A DNA stretch of 64,000 nt from a virus: the IMG/VR virus record IMGVR_UViG_3300045988_001753, positions 36,355 to 100,354 of that record. The stretch is one strand, 5' to 3'. The stretch's first letter is position 1, and each line of letters opens with the position of its first letter. The translations under genes were made by a program, and so were the position numbers. Shown here one piece after another: positions 51,709-57,558 of this stretch. The notes below the pieces were generated by a model, which saw only the letters and a list, made by a program, of their open reading frames with translations, was not told the DNA's origin and did not search any database.

Positions 51709-52088
51709 TTCAATTCAAAAAGTAACAATAGTTGGAAAGTGCCAGTCTCTTCATCAATGTTGGGAATAAACCTTGGATTAATCTTACCATCAATGATAAC
51801 TTTATTCTTCCTTAGCTTGCCCATAATTACCTGAAAGTGTGGGAGAGTGATATTACACTCTTCCCTTACTTTCTTCTTTGTATCTTCACTCATTGTAACC
51901 TTATCAAGTATCTCATTGTCCTTGATAACTTTACTGAGTTCATATCTTTGCTTGACAAAGGATGTAATTACATCAATCTCTCTATCAGTTAGCTTATGAA
52001 AAGGCTCTAAAAATTCAAACCAATATCTAAAGAATTTACCATTTAATGAAGTGGGGATTCTAACTATATTGTTAGCCTTCTTCATCAT
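51705..52088 (-). CDS. hypothetical protein (possible winged-helix)
   Basis: 127 aa, ATG start, 4-nt overlap with the next gene. Confidence 0.6.
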   Translation of the reverse strand: MMKKANNIVRIPTSLNGKFFRYWFEFLEPFHKLTDREIDVITSFVKQRYELSKVIKDNEILDKVTMSEDTKKKVREECNITLPHFQVIMGKLRKNKVIIDGKINPRFIPNIDEETGTFQLLLLFELK

Positions 52089-52093
52089 GTATC

Positions 52094-52426
52094 TTACTCT
52101 TCAGTTTTAATATCTGGTGTTTCCTCTTCCTTATTATCTTCCTCAACCTCTTCAGGAACTGTCATAAGCTCCTCAATCTCAGCAATACACTTCTCAAGGA
52201 AGTCTTGCTTAAACATATGTCCATTCTCTACTACCTTAAACAAGTAGTCAAGTCTCTTGAACATGTTACCCATATTAGCAGCTTGCAGCTTCATATATAA
52301 CTGCTTAGCCTGCTCACTAAGCTGATGAGCTATGTTCTCTAACTGCTCATAAGACATCTTTTCAGGTCTCTCTGTTTCCTTTGTTGTTGGTTGCATCTCT
52401 ACAACCTTTCCCTTCTGCTCTTCCAT
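52094..52426 (-). CDS. hypothetical acidic protein
   Basis: 110 aa, E-rich termini. Confidence 0.6.
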   Translation of the reverse strand: MEEQKGKVVEMQPTTKETERPEKMSYEQLENIAHQLSEQAKQLYMKLQAANMGNMFKRLDYLFKVVENGHMFKQDFLEKCIAEIEELMTVPEEVEEDNKEEETPDIKTEE

Positions 52427-52445
52427 TTTAATTTATATTAAGTTG

Positions 52446-52667
52446 TTAATATTCTTCAAGGAATTTATGTCCATATCTATTCTTGTATAGAGTCTCCCAC
52501 TCTTCTATTGAACATTCTCCTATATCAGTGGAGCCACACTCATCACAGTAATCTGAATCCTCCATTCTCGGAATGTTCCTAATATTCAATGATAGACAAT
52601 GCTTGCAGTATAATACTGGCACTTCATTGTAATCATTAGGCTGATTTTCTGTGTTTAAGTTGCTCAT
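52446..52667 (-). CDS. zinc-ribbon protein
   Basis: 73 aa with CKHC...CDEC (two CxxC pairs). Confidence 0.6.
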   Translation of the reverse strand: MSNLNTENQPNDYNEVPVLYCKHCLSLNIRNIPRMEDSDYCDECGSTDIGECSIEEWETLYKNRYGHKFLEEY

Positions 52668-52965
52668 AAATCATCTTCTTTCTTTCATTAATAGTCCTAC
52701 TGTGATGTCCCTTTCTCTTACAAGTATTAGCCTTGTTATTGAAGGGTCTCTTAGGGAAGATAATACCATCAAGAGATACATGACCTCTTCTGATTGCTCT
52801 CCTTACAGACTTGAACTTGCTTACTGCTTCATAAGTTCTTAGGTGAAGAATACCTTTTCCATAGAAATCTCCCACAATATCTACTCTATTCTTCTCCATA
52901 TAATCCTTGAACTCCTCTTCACTCATCAAGGGTCTTTCTATTGTCTTCTGCTCTTCCATTTCCAT
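52636..52965 (-). CDS. hypothetical basic protein
   Basis: 109 aa, K/R-rich C-terminus. Confidence 0.55.
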   Translation of the reverse strand: MEMEEQKTIERPLMSEEEFKDYMEKNRVDIVGDFYGKGILHLRTYEAVSKFKSVRRAIRRGHVSLDGIIFPKRPFNNKANTCKRKGHHSRTINERKKMIYEQLKHRKSA

Positions 52966-52972
52966 AATGTTT

Positions 52973-53170
52973 TTATCTAAAGTAGATTAATACAAACTGA
53001 CCATTTTCTTTAAGTAGAGAAACTATATCCTCTCTCTTAATTCCTTCCTCATTGGCTAACCTTACAATACCTCTGATTGTAGTATCAGTTAATGCAGTCA
53101 TAACTTGATGAACCTCTGAACCATTGGTCTTTTTGGTCCTTGTCATCTTTGCCTTTTCTATCTCTTCCAT
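52973..53170 (-). CDS. hypothetical protein
   Basis: 65 aa, ATG start. It begins 15 nt downstream of the tRNA cluster. Confidence 0.55.
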   Translation of the reverse strand: MEEIEKAKMTRTKKTNGSEVHQVMTALTDTTIRGIVRLANEEGIKREDIVSLLKENGQFVLIYFR

Positions 53171-53184
53171 ATTATCTAAATTAG

Positions 53185-53271
53185 TTGCGGAGGGTGGACT
53201 CGAACCACCAACACAGTATTACTGCTTCTCAAGGTTATGAGCCTTGCATGTTTCCATTACACTACCCCACG
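53185..53271 (-). tRNA. atypical class II tRNA with CAU (Met) anticodon
   Basis: Acceptor CGTGGGG/CTCCGCA (C1xA72 mismatch), D stem GTGT/ACAT, anticodon arm CAAGG-CTCATAA-CCTTG. The 20-nt variable region contains hairpin GCAGT-AAT-ACTGT. T arm GGTGG-TTCGAGT-CCACC, discriminator A. Confidence 0.6.
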
Positions 53272-53282
53272 ATGTATATTTG

Positions 53283-53354
53283 AGCAGATAGTGGGAATCG
53301 AACCCACACATTAACATTGGAAGTGTTACATACTAACCTTTATACTATACCTGC
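53283..53354 (-). tRNA. tRNA-Gly(TCC)
   Basis: Acceptor GCAGGTA/TATCTGC, anticodon arm TAACA-CTTCCAA-TGTTA, T arm GTGGG-TTCGATT-CCCAC. Confidence 0.8.
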
Positions 53355-53359
53355 ATTTG

Positions 53360-53432
53360 AGTAGATAATCAGATTTGAACTGACCCCTTGACATTGGCAA
53401 TGTCATATGCTAACCACTAACACCATACCTAC
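53360..53432 (-). tRNA. tRNA-Gly(GCC)
   Basis: Acceptor GTAGGTA/TATCTAC, anticodon arm TGACA-TTGCCAA-TGTCA, T loop TTCAAAT. Confidence 0.8.
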
Positions 53433-53439
53433 ATTATAG

Positions 53440-53513
53440 AGCCTCCTGAAGGATTTGAACCCTCTCTTCCTGTTTACAAGACAGGCTTGCTAAACCATTA
53501 ACACTAAGGAGGC
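53440..53513 (-). tRNA. tRNA-Thr(TGT)
   Basis: Acceptor GCCTCCT/AGGAGGC, anticodon arm CCTGT-CTTGTAA-ACAGG, T arm GAGGG-TTCAAAT-CCTTC. Confidence 0.85.
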
Positions 53514-53517
53514 ATTG

Positions 53518-53601
53518 TAGTCTAAGAGGGATTTGAACCCTCAATCCCTAAAGGGCGAGGGATTTTAAGTCCCTTGTGTATTCCAGTTCCACCATTAGAC
53601 C
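53518..53601 (-). tRNA. tRNA-Leu(TAA), class II
   Basis: Acceptor GGTCTAA/TTAGACT, anticodon arm AGGGA-CTTAAAA-TCCCT, long variable arm, T arm GAGGG-TTCAAAT-CCCTC. Its 5' end overlaps the HNH stop codon. Confidence 0.8.
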
Positions 53602-54062
53602 ATTTTATTTTTCCCTCTGTAATTGTCTGTCAGAGCATGACAATTAGGACATAAGAGCTGTAAATTACCTATTTCATTATTACTATTATTACCATCTTTG
53701 TGATGCAGCTCTAAAGGTATCTTTTGTCCTTGCCATTCGGACAATCCACATCTCTCACATCTATGTTCTTTTATATTTTCTGAAAGCAATCTTCTCTTTA
53801 GATTGTTTGAGTTATATCTTGAAGGATTTACAAGAATCCTACTAAGAGGGAATTTCTTAACTACTGGAGAATATCTTTCACCAGAGTTCCATCCCTGACC
53901 TGTAAAGTGGGAAGTATCTATATTGTATAAATCAATTGCTTGATGTATAGTTCTGTAATTCCCTCCTACAGGCTTTATATGCAGGTATCTACATACCTGT
54001 GCTATACTAAGACTGTTTCTTATAGCCTCTTCATATACTTCTCTACTTCTCAGTTTTGTCAT
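53595..54062 (-). CDS. HNH homing endonuclease
   Basis: 155 aa. HRCERCGLSEW...LELHHKDGNNSNNEIGNLQLLCPNCHALTD is a canonical HNH/zinc-finger core. It is embedded between tRNA clusters. Confidence 0.9.
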   Translation of the reverse strand: MTKLRSREVYEEAIRNSLSIAQVCRYLHIKPVGGNYRTIHQAIDLYNIDTSHFTGQGWNSGERYSPVVKKFPLSRILVNPSRYNSNNLKRRLLSENIKEHRCERCGLSEWQGQKIPLELHHKDGNNSNNEIGNLQLLCPNCHALTDNYRGKNKMV

Positions 54063-54508
54063 TAGTAAGGTCTTATATCACATAAGTGGAATAAGTAGTC
54101 ATACTTATTGATATTCTGAATAAAGGTCTCACACTCAGATGCTATACCTTTATAAATAGTCTCTTGAGGAATCTTATCATAAAATGCAATAGTAGCAGAC
54201 TTAACTTCACTTATAAAGTCAAAAGCATTCAGTGCATCACTTGGAGTTCCCTTGATAGCATTAGGTTGCATTTTACCAAGTATTCCCATATATCCTTCTG
54301 CAAGACCATCCTGATAATCTGACAATATATCAAGAAACTCATCAAGATATACATGGATATTCTTCTTAGGTGCTGCCCAATGCAAGTTCTTACACTTGGT
54401 CTTCCAACCTTCAAGTTGATTTAAGAAGTTAATAAAGAACTGAGAACCAGATACTTCTGTACTTCTGCTTGATTCCATTGGAGTAAATAGGCTATCTTCT
54501 TCAAACAT
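54062..54508 (-). CDS. Dps/ferritin-like protein
   Basis: 148 aa. FLNQLEGWKTKCKNLHWAAPKKNIHVYLDEFLDILSDYQDGLAEGYMGILG parallels the Dps core (LN..., K.HW, H..LD.F, D...AER, LG). The H-to-D spacing (15) and the DxxxE pair are identical to E. coli Dps ferroxidase ligands. TAATG overlap with the HNH gene. Confidence 0.6.
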   Translation of the reverse strand: MFEEDSLFTPMESSRSTEVSGSQFFINFLNQLEGWKTKCKNLHWAAPKKNIHVYLDEFLDILSDYQDGLAEGYMGILGKMQPNAIKGTPSDALNAFDFISEVKSATIAFYDKIPQETIYKGIASECETFIQNINKYDYLFHLCDIRPY

Positions 54509-54528
54509 ATTCTCTTATTTTGATAGTG

Positions 54529-54560
54529 CAAAGTTAAGCAAAATAATTGGAACTACCAAA
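54529..54560 (-). promoter_or_regulatory. Bacteroidota-type promoter (-7 TAACTTTG)
   Basis: The minus strand reads TTGGTAGTTCCAATTATTTTGCTTAACTTTGCA, 21 nt before the ATG at 54508. Confidence 0.6.
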
Positions 54561-54592
54561 TATTTTCCTAACTATTTTCAAATTATTTTTAG

Positions 54593-54681
54593 TACCCTCT
54601 AAGAGACTCGAACTCTTACACTACTATTACTTCATACTGGAGCCTAAATCCAGCGTGTCTACCAAATTCCACCAAGAGGGC
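54593..54681 (-). tRNA. tRNA-Leu(TAG), class II
   Basis: Acceptor GCCCTCT/AGAGGGT, anticodon arm CTGGA-TTTAGGC-TCCAG, long variable arm, T loop TTCGAGT. Confidence 0.8.
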
Positions 54682-54689
54682 ATTATAAG

Positions 54690-54773
54690 TACTCCTGAAG
54701 AGATTTGAACTCTTACTCTTTTTCAAGCTCTTGCTTTTGAGGCAAGTGTGTCTACCAATTCCACCACAGGAGT
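54690..54773 (-). tRNA. tRNA-Leu(CAA), class II
   Basis: Acceptor ACTCCTG/CAGGAGT, anticodon arm CTTGC-CTCAAAA-GCAAG, long variable arm, T loop TTCAAAT. Confidence 0.8.
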
Positions 54774-54778
54774 ATAAG

Positions 54779-54853
54779 TGGGTACTCAAAGAATCGAACT
54801 TTGTTCTAAGGATTTTCAGTCCTCCGCAATGTAACCATACCTGCCCAGCACCC
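54779..54853 (-). tRNA. tRNA-Phe(GAA)
   Basis: Acceptor GGGTGCT/AGTACCC, anticodon arm GAGGA-CTGAAAA-TCCTT, T loop TTCGATT. Confidence 0.8.
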
Positions 54854-54920
54854 ATAAGACTTATTTGTGTCTCTACCCACATCACCTTCCATAAGTCAAG
54901 GACAAAGATTTCTATTGAAG

Positions 54921-55006
54921 TGGGAGTAAAAGGACTCGAACCTATTGTGTTTCTAATGTGCCAGATTTACAGTCTGGTGCCCATCCACCATCTGAGCAGT
55001 ACTCCC
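54921..55006 (-). tRNA. tRNA-Tyr(GTA), class II
   Basis: Acceptor GGGAGTA/TACTCCC, anticodon arm CCAGA-CTGTAAA-TCTGG, long variable arm, T loop TTCGAGT. Confidence 0.85.
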
Positions 55007-55183
55007 ATATATATTTATTACTCACTCCAACATCAAAGGAACTATATTCCAACTGGAATAGTTCCTGTAGGTGTCCAAGCATAAGTCTTAGCAGCTTGTC
55101 TAAAGTATGCTTTAGCACCTCTCTTAATTAATGAAATAACCTTTTTCATAACAATTAAAATTTGGAGTTAATAATATGTTATG

Positions 55184-55256
55184 TTCCCCCATAAGGAGTC
55201 GAACCTTACTCTCAGGATTAAAAGTCCAGAGCATCCACCATCAATGCTTTGGGGGA
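55184..55256 (-). tRNA. tRNA-Lys(TTT)
   Basis: Acceptor TCCCCCA/TGGGGGA, anticodon loop CTTTTAA (one stem mismatch), T arm TAAGG-TTCGACT-CCTTA. Confidence 0.75.
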
Positions 55257-55278
55257 ATATTTGCCAAGGTTGAGGTTG

Positions 55279-55352
55279 TGCTCCCACAAGGACTTGAACC
55301 TTGAGTCCCCTGTTTAAGAGACAGGTGCTTTAACCAATTCAGCTATAGGAGC
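55279..55352 (-). tRNA. tRNA-Lys(CTT)
   Basis: Acceptor GCTCCTA/TGGGAGC, anticodon arm CCTGT-CTCTTAA-ACAGG, T loop TTCAAGT. Confidence 0.85.
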
Positions 55353-55353
55353 A

Positions 55354-55605
55354 TTATTTCTTTTCATACTTTTCAGACCATGCTTTAGTAATACCTGCTG
55401 ATGCAAATACTCCAGCAACAGCACCTATATAAGCAGCAAGACCATTAAGGTCTGTCTGTATAGTATGATTATAACATACTTCTATTATAAGAAGTACAGC
55501 AGGAACTAATAGCAAAATTAAGCCTATTAAAGTAACTGCTACTAAGAAGAAGTTCTTTGAAGAAACTCCTGTATTATTACTTATTAATTTACCTAAATAA
55601 CTCAT
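55354..55605 (-). CDS. small two-TM membrane protein (holin-like) inside the tRNA array
   Basis: The track ORF start (55632) overlaps tRNA-Cys. The ATG for MSYLGKLI... is at 55605, 3 nt after the tRNA. Two hydrophobic helices (FFLVAVTLIGLILLLVPAVLLII and LAAYIGAVAGVFASAGI). The stop lies 1 nt before tRNA-Lys. Confidence 0.55.
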   Translation of the reverse strand: MSYLGKLISNNTGVSSKNFFLVAVTLIGLILLLVPAVLLIIEVCYNHTIQTDLNGLAAYIGAVAGVFASAGITKAWSEKYEKK

Positions 55606-55607
55606 AG

Positions 55608-55681
55608 ACTTGGAGGTGGGATTTGAACCCACGAATCATCAGATTTGCAGTCTGTGCCATTAGCCACTCTGGTACTCCAAG
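55608..55681 (-). tRNA. tRNA-Cys(GCA)
   Basis: Acceptor CTTGGAG/CTCCAAG, anticodon loop CTGCAAA, T arm GTGGG-TTCAAAT-CCCAC. Confidence 0.8.
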
Positions 55682-55685
55682 ATAG

Positions 55686-55759
55686 TACTCACAAAGGGAC
55701 TTGAACCCCTGACCTTGAATGTATAAGATTCCTGCTCTGACCAACTGAGCTATGTGAGT
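55686..55759 (-). tRNA. tRNA-Ile(TAT)
   Basis: Acceptor ACTCACA/TGTGAGT, D arm GCTC-AGTTGGTCA-GAGC, anticodon loop CTTATAC, T arm AGGGG-TTCAAGT-CCCTT. Confidence 0.75.
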
Positions 55760-55766
55760 ATATTGG

Positions 55767-55840
55767 GGTGTTAGATGGGATTTGAACCCATACCCTCCTG
55801 ATTCACAGTCAGGACTTCTAACCAATTAAAATACTAACAC
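55767..55840 (-). tRNA. tRNA-His(GTG)
   Basis: Acceptor GTGTTAG/CTAACAC, anticodon arm CCTGA-CTGTGAA-TCAGG, discriminator C followed by an encoded CCA. No G-1 is encoded. Confidence 0.8.
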
Positions 55841-55842
55841 AG

Positions 55843-55914
55843 TGCTGATGGAAAGACTCGAACTTTCAACTACTGCCTTATGAGAGCAGCCTTCTACCAT
55901 TGAAGTACATCAAC
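55843..55914 (-). tRNA. tRNA-Met(CAT) (elongator or Ile2-type)
   Basis: Acceptor GTTGATG/CATCAGC, anticodon arm CTGCT-CTCATAA-GGCAG, T arm GAAAG-TTCGAGT-CTTTC. Confidence 0.8.
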
Positions 55915-55943
55915 ATATATTCCTTAGAGACAAGGAATTAGAG

Positions 55944-56016
55944 TGGGCAAGTAAGGACTTGAACCTTCATTACTACCTTATCAGAGTAGCTTCCTGACCA
56001 ATTAGAAGACATGCCC
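55944..56016 (-). tRNA. tRNA-Ile(GAT)
   Basis: Acceptor GGGCATG/CTTGCCC (one mismatch), anticodon arm CTACT-CTGATAA-GGTAG, T loop TTCAAGT. Confidence 0.75.
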
Positions 56017-56023
56017 ATTATAG

Positions 56024-56096
56024 CTGAGAAGGCAGGAGTTGAACCCACAACTGCTGGTTTTGGAGACCAGTGTTCTACCAATTGAACTACTTCCCA
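56024..56096 (-). tRNA. tRNA-Trp(CCA)
   Basis: Acceptor TGGGAAG/CTTCTCA, D arm GTTC-AATTGGTA-GAAC, anticodon arm CTGGT-CTCCAAA-ACCAG. Confidence 0.8.
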
Positions 56097-56105
56097 ATTA
56101 ATTAG

Positions 56106-56178
56106 CTGTAGGTAGTGGATTTGCACCACTGGTCTCCCCATTAGCAGTGGGGTGAGATTACTACTTCTCTAACCTACA
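56106..56178 (-). tRNA. atypical class I tRNA with GCU (Ser AGY) anticodon
   Basis: Perfect 73-nt cloverleaf: TGTAGGT-TA-GAGA-AGTAGTAA-TCTC-A-CCCCA-CTGCTAA-TGGGG-AGACC-AGTGG-TGCAAAT-CCACT-ACCTACA-G. It has a short variable loop, a T loop reading TGC instead of TTC, and no GG in the D loop. Confidence 0.6.
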
Positions 56179-56286
56179 AAACACCAAATCATTGATTACT
56201 TCTCCTTATTGCACTCAGAGAACTTTCAGAAATGATGGCATCAAGTATTGCAAGCTACTTGACTGAACTTCTTGCAAAAGTTCTTG

Positions 56287-56360
56287 CGGGGAAGGTAGGA
56301 CTCGAACCTACTCTCTTCTGATTAACAGTCAGTAGCTTGTACCATATAAGCTCCATCCCC
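56287..56360 (-). tRNA. tRNA-Asn(GTT)
   Basis: Acceptor GGGGATG/CTTCCCC, anticodon loop CTGTTAA, T arm GTAGG-TTCGAGT-CCTAC. Confidence 0.8.
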
Positions 56361-56366
56361 ATTATG

Positions 56367-56439
56367 TTGCTCCTATTGGATTTGAACCAATGACCTCTTG
56401 GATGTAAGCCAAGCATTCTTACCACTGAACTAAGGAGCA
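56367..56439 (-). tRNA. tRNA-Val(TAC)
   Basis: Acceptor TGCTCCT/AGGAGCA, anticodon arm CTTGG-CTTACAT-CCAAG, T arm ATTGG-TTCAAAT-CCAAT. Confidence 0.85.
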
Positions 56440-56525
56440 TTGATAGGGCAGTTTCTTTAACCTCTAACTGCCCAAAAGAGGGTTCAAGCAAAAGCTCAAC
56501 ATTATGAAAACATGAAAACATAGTG

Positions 56526-56599
56526 TGGAGAATGAGGGACTTGAACCCTGAACTCCTCCTTGCAAGGGAGGTGTGTTAGCCAATTACACCACAAACCCC
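56526..56599 (-). tRNA. tRNA-Ala(TGC)
   Basis: Acceptor GGGGTTT/ATTCTCC with G3-U70 but two U-U mismatches, anticodon arm CCTCC-CTTGCAA-GGAGG, T loop TTCAAGT. Confidence 0.7.
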
Positions 56600-56604
56600 A
56601 TTAG

Positions 56605-56677
56605 TATAGTAGACAGGACTCGAACCTGCATCCTCTGCATCCCAAATGCAGTGCCCCACCAATTAGGCTACTACTAT
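56605..56677 (-). tRNA. tRNA-Pro(TGG)
   Basis: Acceptor ATAGTAG/CTACTAT, anticodon arm CTGCA-TTTGGGA-TGCAG, T arm GCAGG-TTCGAGT-CCTGT. Confidence 0.8.
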
Positions 56678-56683
56678 ATATTG

Positions 56684-56769
56684 CGGAGAGCAGTGTACTT
56701 GAAACACATACCATTACTGGTACAATCTGTTTAGCAGACAGTCCCTAAGACCTCTTAGGTTTACTCTCC
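56684..56769 (-). tRNA. tRNA-Ser(GCT), class II
   Basis: Acceptor GGAGAGT/GCTCTCC, anticodon loop CTGCTAA, long variable arm, discriminator G. Confidence 0.8.
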
Positions 56770-56808
56770 ATTTTCCTTCACCAATATGTCAAAGAACACC
56801 TATTATTG

Positions 56809-56893
56809 CGGAGAGATGAGGTCCCGACCCCCAAGCATTTTACTGCTCAATCTGTTTTCAAGACAGTTCCCAGTCCCACTGAGTTACCTCTCC
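56809..56893 (-). tRNA. tRNA-Ser(TGA), class II
   Basis: Acceptor GGAGAGG/TCTCTCC, anticodon arm ACTGT-CTTGAAA-ACAGA, long variable arm. The T loop GTCGGGA is unusual. Confidence 0.7.
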
Positions 56894-56947
56894 ATTTGCC
56901 TACCTACCTCTGTAGGATAGGACTTCAGTAGATTAAAAGTGGATTAG

Positions 56948-57020
56948 CAGGATGTGGGGGAATTGAACCCCAATCTCCTGATTGACAGTCAGGCACATTA
57001 ACCACTATGCTACACACCCT
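56948..57020 (-). tRNA. tRNA-Asp(GTC)
   Basis: Acceptor AGGGTGT/ACATCCT, anticodon arm CCTGA-CTGTCAA-TCAGG, T loop TTCAATT. Confidence 0.8.
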
Positions 57021-57026
57021 AAGTTG

Positions 57027-57098
57027 TAGAGCTATTGGGAATTGAACCCAAATTTCTGCCTTGAGAGGGCAGTTACCTAACCATTAGTAGATAGCTCC
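57027..57098 (-). tRNA. tRNA-Glu(CTC)
   Basis: Acceptor GGAGCTA/TAGCTCT, anticodon arm CTGCC-CTCTCAA-GGCAG, T arm TTGGG-TTCAATT-CCCAA. Confidence 0.8.
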
Positions 57099-57104
57099 AT
57101 ATTG

Positions 57105-57178
57105 TATTGGGTATGGGACTCGAACCCATAATCTCCACATTGAAAGTGTGGTGACTTAACCACTTCGTCTAACCCAAC
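57105..57178 (-). tRNA. tRNA-Glu(TTC)
   Basis: Acceptor GTTGGGT/ACCCAAT, anticodon arm CCACA-CTTTCAA-TGTGG, T arm ATGGG-TTCGAGT-CCCAT. Confidence 0.8.
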
Positions 57179-57184
57179 ATTTAG

Positions 57185-57256
57185 TACCCCCTATAGGAAT
57201 CGAACCTATATTCTAAGTTTAGAAGACTCATGTACTATCCATTGTACTAAGAGGGC
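57185..57256 (-). tRNA. tRNA-Arg(TCT)
   Basis: Acceptor GCCCTCT/AGGGGGT, anticodon arm TGAGT-CTTCTAA-ACTTA (the CTA reading was checked and rejected), T arm ATAGG-TTCGATT-CCTAT. Confidence 0.75.
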
Positions 57257-57273
57257 ATCTTCTCTATTACTTG

Positions 57274-57346
57274 TTACCCCAATAGGACTTGAACCTATAT
57301 TATGAGAGCCAAAATCTCATGTGATGACCAGTTACACTATGGGGCA
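57274..57346 (-). tRNA. tRNA-Gln(TTG)
   Basis: Acceptor TGCCCCA/TGGGGTA, anticodon arm TGAGA-TTTTGGC-TCTCA, T arm ATAGG-TTCAAGT-CCTAT. It is the first gene of the array. Confidence 0.8.
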
Positions 57347-57393
57347 ATAAAAAAGGAATGTTACCTTAAACAACTGGTTAAAGTAACATTCCT
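57347..57393 (-). terminator. 11-bp hairpin + U6 between the array promoter and the first tRNA (attenuator candidate)
   Basis: Minus-strand stem AGGAATGTTAC...GTAACATTCCT followed by UUUUUU. It ends 2 nt before the tRNA-Gln 5' end. Confidence 0.6.
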
Positions 57394-57437
57394 AATAAAT
57401 GGAAATTTCCTAAAACCAATTTTCCTTAATTGCACTG

Positions 57438-57470
57438 CAAAGGTAAGCAAAATATTTGAATTGTGCAAGC
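57438..57470 (-). promoter_or_regulatory. Bacteroidota-type promoter of the tRNA array (-7 TACCTTTG, -33 CTTGCA)
   Basis: The minus strand reads GCTTGCACAATTCAAATATTTTGCTTACCTTTGCA, ~92 nt upstream of tRNA-Gln. Confidence 0.65.
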
Positions 57471-57558
57471 TTTTCTCCAATTATTTTCAATTCAAGTATC
57501 ATTTTCTTGTCTTGAAGGAGTAAAGTTAGGCTTGATTTTAGGTCTTATCTATATTCTT

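Noticed and set aside
54616-56521. Track ORFs 54616..54885, 54731..55084, 55589..55825, 55938..56141 and 56255..56521.
   Set aside because: Each is composed almost entirely of back-to-back tRNA genes read as protein, so these are artefacts.
53185-57346. Suppressor tRNAs or stop-codon reassignment, which is common in some crAss-like lineages.
   Set aside because: No anticodon CTA, TCA or TTA was found. The only candidate (57185-57256, loop CTTCTAA) folds only as TCT (Arg). All giant late genes are intact in the standard code.
53185-57346. The periodic ~75-90-nt units with the recurring GGTTCGA motif could be read as a CRISPR-like array.
   Set aside because: The units fold as distinct tRNAs with different sequences. 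There are no identical direct repeats or spacers.
57302-57523. 73-aa plus-strand ORF across the array promoter, hairpin and tRNA-Gln.
   Set aside because: It overlaps a tRNA, a perfect hairpin and a promoter motif, and is on the opposite strand to all local signals.
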